This document shows, one piece after another, positions 10,278-19,246 of a stretch of DNA of 40,285 bases (position 1 is the stretch's first letter; every line of letters starts with the position of its first letter). The stretch is taken from positions 1 to 40,285 of the forward strand of contig JBIIRU010000001.1 of the NCBI GenBank assembly GCA_044341355.1, read 5' to 3'. Source of the DNA: Cyanobium sp. Its GTDB lineage: Bacteria; Cyanobacteriota; Cyanobacteriia; PCC-6307; Cyanobiaceae. Both the position numbers and the translations under genes were made by a program. The notes beneath the pieces were generated by a model, which did not search any database, was not told the origin of the DNA, and saw only the letters and a list, made by a program, of their open reading frames with translations.

Positions 10278-10970
10278 TCACTTCCCACCCCCACCCTTCC
10301 CCCACCAGCCACTGCCCAGCAGGTGCACCAGCCAGCCCGGGCCCGTCAAAGCCATCACCAGGATTGTCAGCGCCGTGCTCAGGCGGCTGGAGACGGTGCG
10401 GGCTTGATCCAGGCCGCTGTGTAAGAAGGTGAGGGTGACTGCGACCGCAAAGATGCCGGTGCAGAGGGCGCTGGCCGATCTCAAGGTGTCCTTGGGGGGG
10501 CGGCGGTCCGGGTGGTTGGCGTCGCGGCTGAGGCTGCCGCCGCCGATTGCCCCCGCCACCATCAGGCAGGCCACGATGCCAAGGCGCAACTGCAGGCCCT
10601 CGTGGGGATGGGTGCTCTGGATTTTCTGGCCCACCACCATGGCGCTGCCCAGCAGGCCGCCGCAGCTGGCCCCCAGCACCGCCCACCAGCGCCAGGGGGT
10701 CAGGTGGCGGCCGCTCAGAATCGAGCCCCCCGACAGCAGCAAGGCCGACAAAAAGGTGGAGGGCAGGGCGGCCAGGTGCCGCGTCACTATGTAGGCCAGG
10801 CCCGCCCCCACCAGGACCCCCAGCATTTGCTGGAAGTGGCCTGGCAGCAGGGGGATGCTGGCAGGCTGGCGTGTGAGAAGGGGTTGCAAGCGCGGGTTGG
10901 GCTGGCCCTGGGCCATGGCGGATGGAGCTCCTGGAGATTGCTCCATCCTCTGGCGGCGCCCAACTGCCAC
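10278..10970 (-). CDS. hypothetical integral membrane protein
   Basis: About six hydrophobic segments. The true start may be the downstream ATG (MAQGQPNP). Confidence 0.7.
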   Translation of the reverse strand: MAVGRRQRMEQSPGAPSAMAQGQPNPRLQPLLTRQPASIPLLPGHFQQMLGVLVGAGLAYIVTRHLAALPSTFLSALLLSGGSILSGRHLTPWRWWAVLGASCGGLLGSAMVVGQKIQSTHPHEGLQLRLGIVACLMVAGAIGGGSLSRDANHPDRRPPKDTLRSASALCTGIFAVAVTLTFLHSGLDQARTVSSRLSTALTILVMALTGPGWLVHLLGSGWWGKGGGGK

Positions 10971-11082
10971 GCCAGGATCTCGCGCAACTTCGCTTCAAGA
11001 TCGACGAACGGCGTGTCAGTCGGGTCTATCAGCGCCGGTTTGAGCTTGCCTTGACCCACCGGCTTGCCATCCAACATCAACA
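10963..11082 (-). pseudogene. remnant of an arylsulfatase 3' end
   Basis: 10961-11050 aligns ungapped to 12061-12150 (67/90 nt by my count). It then jumps at TTGCC to match about 12260-12296. Peptide DGKPVGQG/KLKPALID..TP..D.E.KLREILAWQ versus DGQPVGEG.../KIKRALVD..TP..D.E.KMREILARQ. Confidence 0.8.
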
Positions 11083-11343
11083 TGCAGTGGTTCGGTTTCT
11101 GCAAACGCTGGCTGGCATTCTCTGTTTCCCGGCTACCTATCGGAACTGATAGCACCTTCCAGCCGTAAAAATGAAGGCGCAGGTAGGGCATGCTAAATTC
11201 GTATTCCAAGGAAATTCCCTATGATTGTCAACATGATAAAGGTCTTGTTCTGGCCTTTTGGGTATGACAACAGTAGCTGTCAAATTTATGGCAGATATGG
11301 TTTTCAAACCTCGGAGCAATTTCATGTCTCGGAGCAAAACTAA

Positions 11344-12054
11344 ATGAACAACCTGCTTTCGGTGGTGACGATAAATAAAAATAATGCTGATGGCTTAATT
11401 CGTACAGTTGCATCTCTGCAAACATATCGCAACGATGAAAGGTTTGAATTCATTTTTATTGATGGACTGTCCAATGACAATAGTCTGGCAGTAGCCAAGG
11501 ATTTTTACAAGGATTCAGAAATTATTTGTGAACCAGACAGTGGGATCTACAATGCCATGAATAAAGGTCTTAGAAAAGCCAAAGGCGATTACGTTATCTG
11601 GATAAACTCAGGCGATGAACTAGTTTCTGACCCATCTTTCGTTGGGCACCTGGCCGAAAGCAAGGCAGATATCCATGCCTTTGTAGTAGAAGAGTATGAC
11701 CAACATGGAACATTTCGCAAGATTCTAACTCCTAGTATCGCTAAAATGCCTAACGGAATGATACAACATCAAGGTATGATTTTGCAAAGGCAAACTGCTC
11801 TAGCTATCGGCGCATACGATGAAAGCTTTAGAATAACATCTGATTTTGACCTATTATTAAGGATATATCTTCTGAATGGCATTATTAAATGCCATTCAGA
11901 AACATCAGTCTCTCGATTCTATCTCGGCGGTATAAGCTCCAATTTCCGACCTGTTCTGGTTGAAAGAATTAATATTCTTAGGAAGAACAGACAGTTATCC
12001 CTATGGAAATATTATTATCAGCTTTTGCGGGCCCAGTTTGACCGTAACAACTGA
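11344..12054 (+). CDS. glycosyltransferase family 2 (WcaE-like)
   Basis: SVVTINKN, IDGLSND, DSGIYNAMNKG, INSGD, YDESFRITSDFDL. Markedly AT-rich. Confidence 0.9.
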   Translation: MNNLLSVVTINKNNADGLIRTVASLQTYRNDERFEFIFIDGLSNDNSLAVAKDFYKDSEIICEPDSGIYNAMNKGLRKAKGDYVIWINSGDELVSDPSFVGHLAESKADIHAFVVEEYDQHGTFRKILTPSIAKMPNGMIQHQGMILQRQTALAIGAYDESFRITSDFDLLLRIYLLNGIIKCHSETSVSRFYLGGISSNFRPVLVERINILRKNRQLSLWKYYYQLLRAQFDRNN

Positions 12055-12060
12055 GCCTGA

Positions 12061-14415
12061 TTACTGCCGAGCCAGGATCTCCCGCATCTTCTCTTCCTGG
12101 TCCGCGATCGGCGTGCCGGTGACATCCACCAGCGCCCGTTTGATCTTGCCGCCATAGGCGAACGGCGGCTTGTAATCAGGCAGGGCCGGGGAACCCGGAT
12201 CGGATCCCACCGCCACCCCGGCCGCCAGGCCGAGGCTGAGGGGGATGGTCACCGGCAGGTTGCCCTCACCCACCGGCTGGCCGTCGACAAACAACACCAC
12301 CCTGGCCGGGGTGCCCTTGCCGTTGGCCAAATCGGCGGGGCCGGTGGGGGTGAACTCGAAACTGACGATGTGGTGACCGGCTGGAATCGGCCCGCTGGAG
12401 TGCACCCGGAAGAATTGCTCGGCCACATAGTTGTAGCCATAGGAGAGCAAGCCGTTCTGCACGAAAAATGCAAAGCCGCCATCGTTGCCGCCCATGCTGA
12501 ACAACACCCCCTCGGCGCCGGCTGCGGGCACGTCAATCTCCACCGAGATCGAGTGGGGCCGGTTGAGAATCCGCGGGGCCGCATTCAACGGCACCATCTG
12601 GGTGCCTGGGTAATAGATATAACGCTGCCTGTCGGCGGCAATCTGGGGGCGCTCCACTGCAAAACGCTGGGTGCCACGGCTGTCGATTGGCAACACCTTG
12701 TATTTGCCCGCCTCCACATACCACATGCCGATCATGGCGATCAGGCGGTCCCGCTCCGCCTCAGCCAGGTTGGTGGTTTCGGCGAAGTCGGTATTGAGGT
12801 TGTATAACTCCCAGCCGTGGGCATCAAGCTGAATAAGCTGGTCATAGCTGATCGGATCACCGAAGCGGCGGCCCGATTCGGCAAACGAGGTGCCCGGCCA
12901 GGGACATACGGCCCGCCAGCCATCGTGATACAGCGAGCGGTGGCCGAACATCTCGAAGTATTGGGTGAGATGCAGGCTGGGTGCCGCCGGATTGGCGAAG
13001 CAGGAGTCGAGGGAGAAGCCCTCGATTGGGCTCTGACTGACACCGCGAATGGCAGTGGGAGGCTCGATGCCGAGGGCCGCCAACACCGTGGGCACCATAT
13101 CAATTGCATGGCAGTACTGGGAGCGCACCTCACCGCGGGCGGCGATGCCCTGGGGCCAGCTCAGAATGAAGGGATCGCTGGTGCCACCCCGATAGGTTTC
13201 GCGCTTCCAGCGGCGGAAAGGGGTGTTGCCGGCGTGGGTCCAGCCCCAAGGGTAGTGGTTGAAGTATTTCGGTCCGCCGATGTCATCGATGGCGGCCAGG
13301 TTTTGCTCCAGGTTTTCGGGCACGTTGTTGAAGAACTTGCCCTCATTCACCGAACCAGTAGGCCCCCCCTCGGAACTGGCGCCGTTGTCGGAGATCACCA
13401 TGATTAAAGTATTGTCGTATTCTCCAATTTCCTTCAAGAAGTTAATCAGTTCGCCGATGTAGTGGTCGGTGTGCTCCAGGAAGCCGGCGAATACCTCCAT
13501 CATGCGGGCATAGAGGCGTTTCTCTTCGGCGGAAAGGCCATTCCAGTCGGGCACATCGGGGTCGTGGCGGGAGAGCACCGTGCCCTCCGGGATGATGCCC
13601 AGCTCCTTTTGGCGCGAAAAAGTGAATTCTCGATAGACATCCCAGCCGCCATCAAACTTGCCCTTATATTTATCTGCCCATTCCTTGGGCACGTGGTGAG
13701 GCGCATGCATGGCGCCGGTGCAGAAGTACATGAAGAAGGGCTTGTTTGGTGCCACTTGCTTCGAATCGGCGATCATCGCCCTGGCCTTGGCCACCAGATC
13801 GGGGGTGAGGTGGTATCCCTCCTCCGGGGTGGCGGGGGGTTCCACCTGGGAGTTGTCCTGCACCAGTTCGGGGTAGTACTGGTGCGTATCACCGCCCAGG
13901 AAGCCGTAAAATCGTTCAAAACCCCGGCCCAGAGGCCAGCGGTCGTAGGGGCCAGCGGCGGAGGTTTGTTCGGCGGGGGTCAGGTGCCACTTGCCGATGG
14001 CATAGGTGTTGTAGCCGTGCTGCAGCAGGATTTCGGAGAGAAAACCGTTCTCGAAGGGGATGATGCCATTGGAGCCGGGGAAGCCCATCGACCCCTCGGT
14101 GATGCAGGCCAGACCGTTGGAGTGGTGGTTGCGGCCCGTGAGCATGCAGGAGCGCGACGGCGAGCAGAGCGCCGTGGTGTGCATGTTGTTGAAGCGCAGA
14201 CCATCGGCCGCCAGAGCATCAAGGTTGGGGGTGGCGATGGGGCTGCCGTAGCACCCCAGCTGGCCAAAACCGGTGTCGTCGAGAACGATGTAGAGCACGT
14301 TGGGCGCCCCCTCCCTGGCCCGGTTCGGCATCGGCCAGGCGGGGGTGGAGACGTCGGCGGTGCGGCCGATCACCCCAGGGAAGGATTGGCCTGGGCGGTA
14401 TTCGTTGAGGGGCAT
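12061..14415 (-). CDS. arylsulfatase (formylglycine-dependent, AtsA-like)
   Basis: PNVLYIVLDD, CSPSR (CxPxR) + LTGR, GKWHL, SDNG; C-terminal beta-sandwich extension; no evident signal peptide. Confidence 0.93.
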   Translation of the reverse strand: MPLNEYRPGQSFPGVIGRTADVSTPAWPMPNRAREGAPNVLYIVLDDTGFGQLGCYGSPIATPNLDALAADGLRFNNMHTTALCSPSRSCMLTGRNHHSNGLACITEGSMGFPGSNGIIPFENGFLSEILLQHGYNTYAIGKWHLTPAEQTSAAGPYDRWPLGRGFERFYGFLGGDTHQYYPELVQDNSQVEPPATPEEGYHLTPDLVAKARAMIADSKQVAPNKPFFMYFCTGAMHAPHHVPKEWADKYKGKFDGGWDVYREFTFSRQKELGIIPEGTVLSRHDPDVPDWNGLSAEEKRLYARMMEVFAGFLEHTDHYIGELINFLKEIGEYDNTLIMVISDNGASSEGGPTGSVNEGKFFNNVPENLEQNLAAIDDIGGPKYFNHYPWGWTHAGNTPFRRWKRETYRGGTSDPFILSWPQGIAARGEVRSQYCHAIDMVPTVLAALGIEPPTAIRGVSQSPIEGFSLDSCFANPAAPSLHLTQYFEMFGHRSLYHDGWRAVCPWPGTSFAESGRRFGDPISYDQLIQLDAHGWELYNLNTDFAETTNLAEAERDRLIAMIGMWYVEAGKYKVLPIDSRGTQRFAVERPQIAADRQRYIYYPGTQMVPLNAAPRILNRPHSISVEIDVPAAGAEGVLFSMGGNDGGFAFFVQNGLLSYGYNYVAEQFFRVHSSGPIPAGHHIVSFEFTPTGPADLANGKGTPARVVLFVDGQPVGEGNLPVTIPLSLGLAAGVAVGSDPGSPALPDYKPPFAYGGKIKRALVDVTGTPIADQEEKMREILARQ

Positions 14416-14594
14416 GGGAGGGGGGGATGGGGCCCAGATACGGGCCGGCCCTAGTTGAGGGGGTTAATCCTAAATGCTAGTTAAGGAGCAGCTCTTAACC
14501 CAGGCTTTGCGCTGGTTGCGTTTTTTTGCGCTAACGCCCCCTTTTCATACTGATTTCGCTTGGGGAGCTAGGTTTTGAATTAATCTGATTTACG

Positions 14595-15662
14595 TTGATG
14601 CTATCTGGGCCGTCTGCCTCCCAGAGTCCACAACCAAATCCCGGTACAACCAACCTGCCGTTTCTGAGGTTGCCTGGTGCGTCCCTCGCTCCCAAGCAGG
14701 TCGATGCCTTTGCGTGCCTTATAGGTCAATCTCTGCCCATGCGGGTTTTGGCATGGGACATGGGCCCCGAAAGCGAAGCTTTTTACAATAAATCTGGCGC
14801 CGTTCGCCTTGGTGATCTCAACATCCTCTCCACCTGGGGCTCATCCATTGATGGGCTTGTAGAGCAGAAATCCGAAGCCCAGTGGATTTTGCCCTATTTG
14901 GCCGGCACCAATAGCTTTACAATAGAAGGCAAAAGCTATATCTTTCGCCAATCATCTCTTTATATCCCAGCTCACCAGTTGCGCATGCATCTGCATTGCA
15001 GCCTTTGCTCGGGTGTGATCTTCAGCTTCAACCCCGATGGCTTGGTGCCAGTGGCCGCCGCCATCGCCGGCCCTGGGTTCGATGCCATCAGTTTCATGGC
15101 GGTATTGGAGCAGCCGGCAATTCTGGGGCGACGCAGCGATGAACGGCGCCAGCATCTGCATGAACTGCTAATGCAGACCCTGGCGCTGATCGATAACGCC
15201 ATGCAAGCGCTGGGCGATGTCAACCAGATGATGCGACTGGATGATTTGATCAAACGGTTGATGGTAATGCTGTTGGTTCCCGATCTTTTTCAGATCGGAT
15301 CGCCGCCCAGTCCTTCCCTAGCTCCTTCAGGCGGTTTCCCCCATCGGGATTTGGTTGATTGGGTCATGGCAAACCTCGACCAACCCATCAGCCTCACCGA
15401 CATGGAGCAGCGCAGCTGCTACAGCCGCCGCTCGCTCCAGTACACCTTCAAGCAGCATTTTGGCTGTGGGCCGATGCAGTGGTTGCGGCAGCAACGCCTC
15501 GAGAAAGCGATGCGCCTGTTGCAGGAGTCCGGTGGGCAGCTAAGCCTCTCCCGGGTAGCCCAATCCTGCGGCTATATCTCACAGTCCTCTTTCAGCCGTG
15601 ATTTCTTAAAACGTTTTGGCCAACGGCCCTCCAAGGTGCGGCGTCTAAACAAGAGCCTTTAG
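14595..15662 (+). CDS. AraC family transcriptional regulator
   Basis: C-terminal HTH_AraC: YSRRSLQYTFKQHFGCGPMQWLRQQRL...VAQSCGY..QSSFSRDF..RFG..PS. Divergent from the sulfatase. Confidence 0.9.
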   Translation: MMLSGPSASQSPQPNPGTTNLPFLRLPGASLAPKQVDAFACLIGQSLPMRVLAWDMGPESEAFYNKSGAVRLGDLNILSTWGSSIDGLVEQKSEAQWILPYLAGTNSFTIEGKSYIFRQSSLYIPAHQLRMHLHCSLCSGVIFSFNPDGLVPVAAAIAGPGFDAISFMAVLEQPAILGRRSDERRQHLHELLMQTLALIDNAMQALGDVNQMMRLDDLIKRLMVMLLVPDLFQIGSPPSPSLAPSGGFPHRDLVDWVMANLDQPISLTDMEQRSCYSRRSLQYTFKQHFGCGPMQWLRQQRLEKAMRLLQESGGQLSLSRVAQSCGYISQSSFSRDFLKRFGQRPSKVRRLNKSL

Positions 15663-15666
15663 TTTC

Positions 15667-15700
15667 GCCAGAAATAAGCATTGGCCAGAAATAAGCATTG
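15667..15700. repeat. perfect 17-bp tandem duplication GCCAGAAATAAGCATTG x2
   Basis: 15667-15683 is identical to 15684-15700. Confidence 0.95.
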
Positions 15701-15727
15701 AGTCTTTAGACATTAAGGGAAAGCCCC

Positions 15728-16546
15728 TCAGTCAGCACCCCCCTCTGCCAGCACCGGATTGAATAGCGTGCCGATCGCCTCAATCGTGATCTCCACCTGA
15801 TCGCCGGGCTTGAGCCAGCGGGGTGGATCGGCCGCCATGCCCACACCCTCGGGGGTGCCGGTGAGGATGACGGTGCCGGGCAGCAGGGTGGTACTGCCGC
15901 TGAGGAAGGCAATGATCTCGGCCACCGAGAAGATCATGTCGCTGGTGTGGCCGTCCTGCACCCGCTCGCCATTGAGCTGGGTGCTGATCGCCAAGGCGTT
16001 GGGACCGGGGAGCTCGGCGGGGCTCACCAGCACCGGGCCGAGCGGCGCGAAGGTGTCGAAGCTTTTGCCGCGGCACCACTGGCCGCCCCCAAGTTCGGGG
16101 CGCTTCTGCCAATCGCGAGCGCTGACATCATTGGCGCAGGTGTAGCCCAGCACCGCACCCAACGCCTCAGCCACCCCCACGTTTTTACAGCGGCGACCAA
16201 TCACCACCGCCAGCTCGGCCTCGTAATCCACCTGGTGGCTGGCCAGGGCGGTGGGCAGCTCAATCGGGGCGCCTGGGTCCTGCACCGCACCCGGTGATTT
16301 CATGAACACCACCGGCCGCTGCGGGATGGCGGCACCGGTTTCGGCGGCATGGCGGCGGTAGTTGAGGCCGATGCAGATCAGGGCGCAGGGTTCCAGTGGT
16401 GCCAGCAGCCGAGCTACGGCGGCGGCCTCACCACTGGGGCGCTGGTGCTCAAAAAGGCTGCCCGCCAACCGCTCGCGGCTGCCATCGGGGTGCAACAGAC
16501 CGTGGTGTACGGCACCCTTGGGGTCGGCGTAGCGGAAGATCGGCAT
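15728..16546 (-). CDS. fumarylacetoacetate hydrolase family protein
   Basis: CIGLNYRRHA, VDYEAELAVVIG, NDVSARDWQ, GKSFDTFAPLGP, ILTGTPEGVG. Confidence 0.93.
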   Translation of the reverse strand: MPIFRYADPKGAVHHGLLHPDGSRERLAGSLFEHQRPSGEAAAVARLLAPLEPCALICIGLNYRRHAAETGAAIPQRPVVFMKSPGAVQDPGAPIELPTALASHQVDYEAELAVVIGRRCKNVGVAEALGAVLGYTCANDVSARDWQKRPELGGGQWCRGKSFDTFAPLGPVLVSPAELPGPNALAISTQLNGERVQDGHTSDMIFSVAEIIAFLSGSTTLLPGTVILTGTPEGVGMAADPPRWLKPGDQVEITIEAIGTLFNPVLAEGGAD

Positions 16547-16708
16547 TGAAGCGCGTGCACAAAAAAATACTTTCGGTGGGGGTTAGAGGGAGTAGCGGTG
16601 GGTGAGAGAGGGGGGCTGAGGACAGCACGCTTTACTGGAATCAGGGCATGTAACTTTGGGGGAAGGCTTAACCCATAGCCTTTGCAGTGAATAAACAATC
16701 AGGCGAAA

Positions 16709-16737
16709 CGGCAAGTTGCTTGCAAAGCAACTTGCCG
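16709..16737 (-). terminator. probable intrinsic terminator of the 16886-18145 gene
   Basis: Perfect 13-bp inverted repeat CGGCAAGTTGCTT-GCA-AAGCAACTTGCCG, followed by TTT on the minus strand. Confidence 0.55.
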
Positions 16738-16885
16738 AAATCACTGCCTAATCGCAAAGCGATGTGAGCCAATATCAATTGCTCAAATACCAGCTTGTGA
16801 AAGCATCAACTGAAGAGCTTGAATCGCACTATCTTGGAGTCACACTCACAGGATGATTGGCTTAACCACTTGTGGCCAAATTAAC

Positions 16886-18145
16886 CTAGTTTATAAAGAC
16901 CAGGTTGTCGAAGCCCACGAAGCCCAGATCAATCACCAGCGACACCAGGTTGGTGAAGTCCGGCGGCGCGAAGGTCTGGGGGGCGGTGTTGTTGGCGGGG
17001 GTGGAGAAGGTGGCCTTGACGGTGGTGCCATCTCTCCGGGTACCGGTGAACACCGTTGCCTGGGCGCGTATGGTGGAATTGGCGTTGCACACCTGCAGAG
17101 ATTTGAAGCTGAAGGTTTTGCCCTGGGCCGGGGTTACAGTCAGCTTGCTGGGACTGCCGTAGGTGGCAACGAAGTTGTTGATCATTGGGCTGGCCCAACG
17201 ATTGCCGCAGTTATTGGTGAAGGTCAAGCCCGCCTCTGTATAAGGCGTAGCCACAGATGGACAACCAGCCGGGAAGTTTTGGCCAAAACCAACGCACGGG
17301 ATGATCACGGGAGGGATAACACCTTCAACAAAACTAAGGTTGTCAAAAGCAACAAAGCCCAGGTCAATGACCAGAGACACCAGGTTGGTGAAGTCTGACG
17401 GCGCGAAGGTCTGGGGAGCAGAGTTATTGGCGGGGGTGGTGAAAGTGGCGCTGACAGTGGTGCCATCGCTTCGGGTACCTTTAAACACAGTGTTTTGTGG
17501 AGATATAGCCGAATTGATGTTACATACTTGCAGAGATTTGAATGTGAAGACCTTGCCCTGGGAGGGAGTCACGGTCAGTTTGCTTGGCAAGCCATAGGTG
17601 CCAACAAAATTATTAACGAATGGGCTTGCCCAACGATTACCTACGTTGTTATTAAAGGTTAATCCCGCCTCTGAATAGGGGGCGCTAATTGATGGGTTGG
17701 CGTGGAAATTTTGATTAAAAGTAACAGTTGCAACCACGGGTTCAACAATCCATTCATTACCTACACCCGTATTCCAGGTGGTTACTCCCTGGGTTGAATC
17801 AGGCCGATGCAGATAATCTCCCTTCCAAGACTTTAGTCTGATTTTGTTGCCATCAACCAACTCAATACTCCATTCGTTGCCTATACCCGTATTCCATGTC
17901 GTCACGCCCTGGGTTGAATCGGGCCGATGCAGGTAATCTCCCTTCCAGGACTTCAGCCTGATTTTGTTGCCATCAATCAACTCTACGGTCCATGCGTTGC
18001 CTATTCCCGTATTCCAGGTTGTCACCCCTTGGGGCGAGTCGGGCCTATTCAAATAATCTCCCTTCCAAGATTTCAAGCTGATTTTGGTAGATTGGCTCAA
18101 GATCAATGGCAGTGAAGAGTTCATGGCCTGAATCGTGGTCGTCAT
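16886..18145 (-). CDS. modular repeat protein: 3x40-aa beta-trefoil/fascin-like repeats plus two duplicated ~132-aa beta-rich domains
   Basis: Internal repeats are clear in both protein and DNA. Alternative start at 18220. Confidence 0.85.
   Translation of the reverse strand: MTTTIQAMNSSLPLILSQSTKISLKSWKGDYLNRPDSPQGVTTWNTGIGNAWTVELIDGNKIRLKSWKGDYLHRPDSTQGVTTWNTGIGNEWSIELVDGNKIRLKSWKGDYLHRPDSTQGVTTWNTGVGNEWIVEPVVATVTFNQNFHANPSISAPYSEAGLTFNNNVGNRWASPFVNNFVGTYGLPSKLTVTPSQGKVFTFKSLQVCNINSAISPQNTVFKGTRSDGTTVSATFTTPANNSAPQTFAPSDFTNLVSLVIDLGFVAFDNLSFVEGVIPPVIIPCVGFGQNFPAGCPSVATPYTEAGLTFTNNCGNRWASPMINNFVATYGSPSKLTVTPAQGKTFSFKSLQVCNANSTIRAQATVFTGTRRDGTTVKATFSTPANNTAPQTFAPPDFTNLVSLVIDLGFVGFDNLVFIN
17741..18085 (-). 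repeat. three 120-bp coding tandem repeats (KIxLKSWKGDYLxRPDSxQGVTTWNTGxGNxWxxE)
   Basis: CCTTCCArGA recurs at 17821, 17941 and 18061 (period 120). Confidence 0.95.
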
Positions 18146-18424
18146 GATTGAGCTGATAAATGGGAATACGTGAGCAGATGGGCGAGTAGCCGTCCGTCGA
18201 CATGTACCAGCCTGAGCCATAATTACTTCGCGACGATGCTTTTGCCTTACATAATTCTATCTACTTCCAGACATCCTCCTGTCATACGAATGACAGGCCC
18301 GCCGGGATCCTTGCTGAGCCGATCGGCAGCCCGGGGCCGTGCTCGGCGAAGGGCGAGCACACAACCAAGTTGACCCGGCTAGCGATTCCGGCCAAGACCG
18401 GGCGCAGTTCGGCGCCCAGGCTTG

Positions 18425-18628
18425 TCACCGCAGCGACTGGCCCCGCCGCCAGCCCAGCTCCAGCTCGGCCCGGAAGCGCTCTATCCCTCCGGAGGTGTCG
18501 CGCCGCTGGCTGAGCAGCTGATTATTGATCATCCGGTTATTGACCAGCCTGCCGATCTTCCAGGCCTTGAGAGCGACGGCCACTGCGAATACCAGCCAAG
18601 GCACCAGGAGCCAAATAGGTTGGTCCAT
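18425..18628 (-). CDS. small membrane protein, hypothetical
   Basis: N-terminal TM helix WLLVPWLVFAVAVALKAW and C-terminal ERFRAELE; overlaps the stop of the upstream gene. Confidence 0.65.
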   Translation of the reverse strand: MDQPIWLLVPWLVFAVAVALKAWKIGRLVNNRMINNQLLSQRRDTSGGIERFRAELELGWRRGQSLR

Positions 18629-18921
18629 CAGAGCGGCAGCGGCGACCTGCTTTTTCTACAACGTTTGCTCTGCTGGTGTTGGCGCAGCGTCCATTGGTTG
18701 CCCTTGATGGCCAGGCCGCAGTGCTCGCAGATCGTCACCGGGCTGCTCCTGCACCATTGCGCTGGCCTATCACCGACCAGCTCCCGTCGGCTGGGGTCGA
18801 TGCCCCTGCCCTGCTGGTAGCGGGTCAGGGCCGGGGCCGTGGTGATGAAGCCAGTCTCGATGCAGCGAAACAGCAGGGACTGGCCCCGCAGGTTCTGGAC
18901 GTTGTAGCTGGATACCGCCAT
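18628..18921 (-). CDS. hypothetical protein with C2HC zinc-finger-like motif
   Basis: CEHC-x12-H-x5-C near the C-terminus; shares base 18628 with the next gene. Confidence 0.6.
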   Translation of the reverse strand: MAVSSYNVQNLRGQSLLFRCIETGFITTAPALTRYQQGRGIDPSRRELVGDRPAQWCRSSPVTICEHCGLAIKGNQWTLRQHQQSKRCRKSRSPLPL

Positions 18922-19020
18922 CAGCGCAGGATCAGGTGGCTCCACCCATAGTGGCATCAAATCGGGGATGGCACCACGGGTGGGGTCGGCGACCTGGCGC
19001 AGGGCGAGCGAGGCTTGATT

Positions 19021-19180
19021 CTCAGCCTGATCACCGCCCGCACTTCGGCCAGCACAACACCGTGGTCAACAAACACGCCCCAGCTTCCGGGGCATGCCCC
19101 ACCGCCAGACGGCCCTGATGAACCCCGAAGATCTGGACCACTCGGGCTTCACCCCCCACCAGCGCGCGACCGTGCAGGCT
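19021..19180 (+). pseudogene. fragment of an FdhF/YdeP-type molybdopterin oxidoreductase C-terminal domain
   Basis: Reads LSLITAR / FGQHNTVVNKHA / SFRGMPHRQTALMNPEDLDHSGFTPHQRATVQ across two -1 frameshifts (~19042, ~19080). Matches the LITxR..QHNT..LMNPED pattern from memory. Confidence 0.6.
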
Positions 19181-19246
19181 GGGAATAAGCTTAAAAAAAT
19201 TTGAATCAATTTTTGCCGCCTGCAAACAGAGGCGGTAACCACTTGT

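Noticed and set aside
9862-10998. 378-aa minus-strand ORF as one gene
   Set aside because: It is an off-frame read through the membrane-protein gene that runs into the Rpn N-terminus; only about 9925-10173 is protein-like.
10787-11209. 140-aa minus-strand ORF as a real gene
   Set aside because: Its only recognisable part is the sulfatase remnant, and it overlaps the next gene.
11310-11337. CTCGGAGCAA direct repeat before the glycosyltransferase
   Set aside because: Only two 10-bp copies, one overlapping the likely RBS; too weak to call.
17741-18085. CRISPR or DGR template/variable repeats
   Set aside because: The repeats are in-frame coding units with mostly synonymous differences; there is no adenine-specific pattern and no RT.
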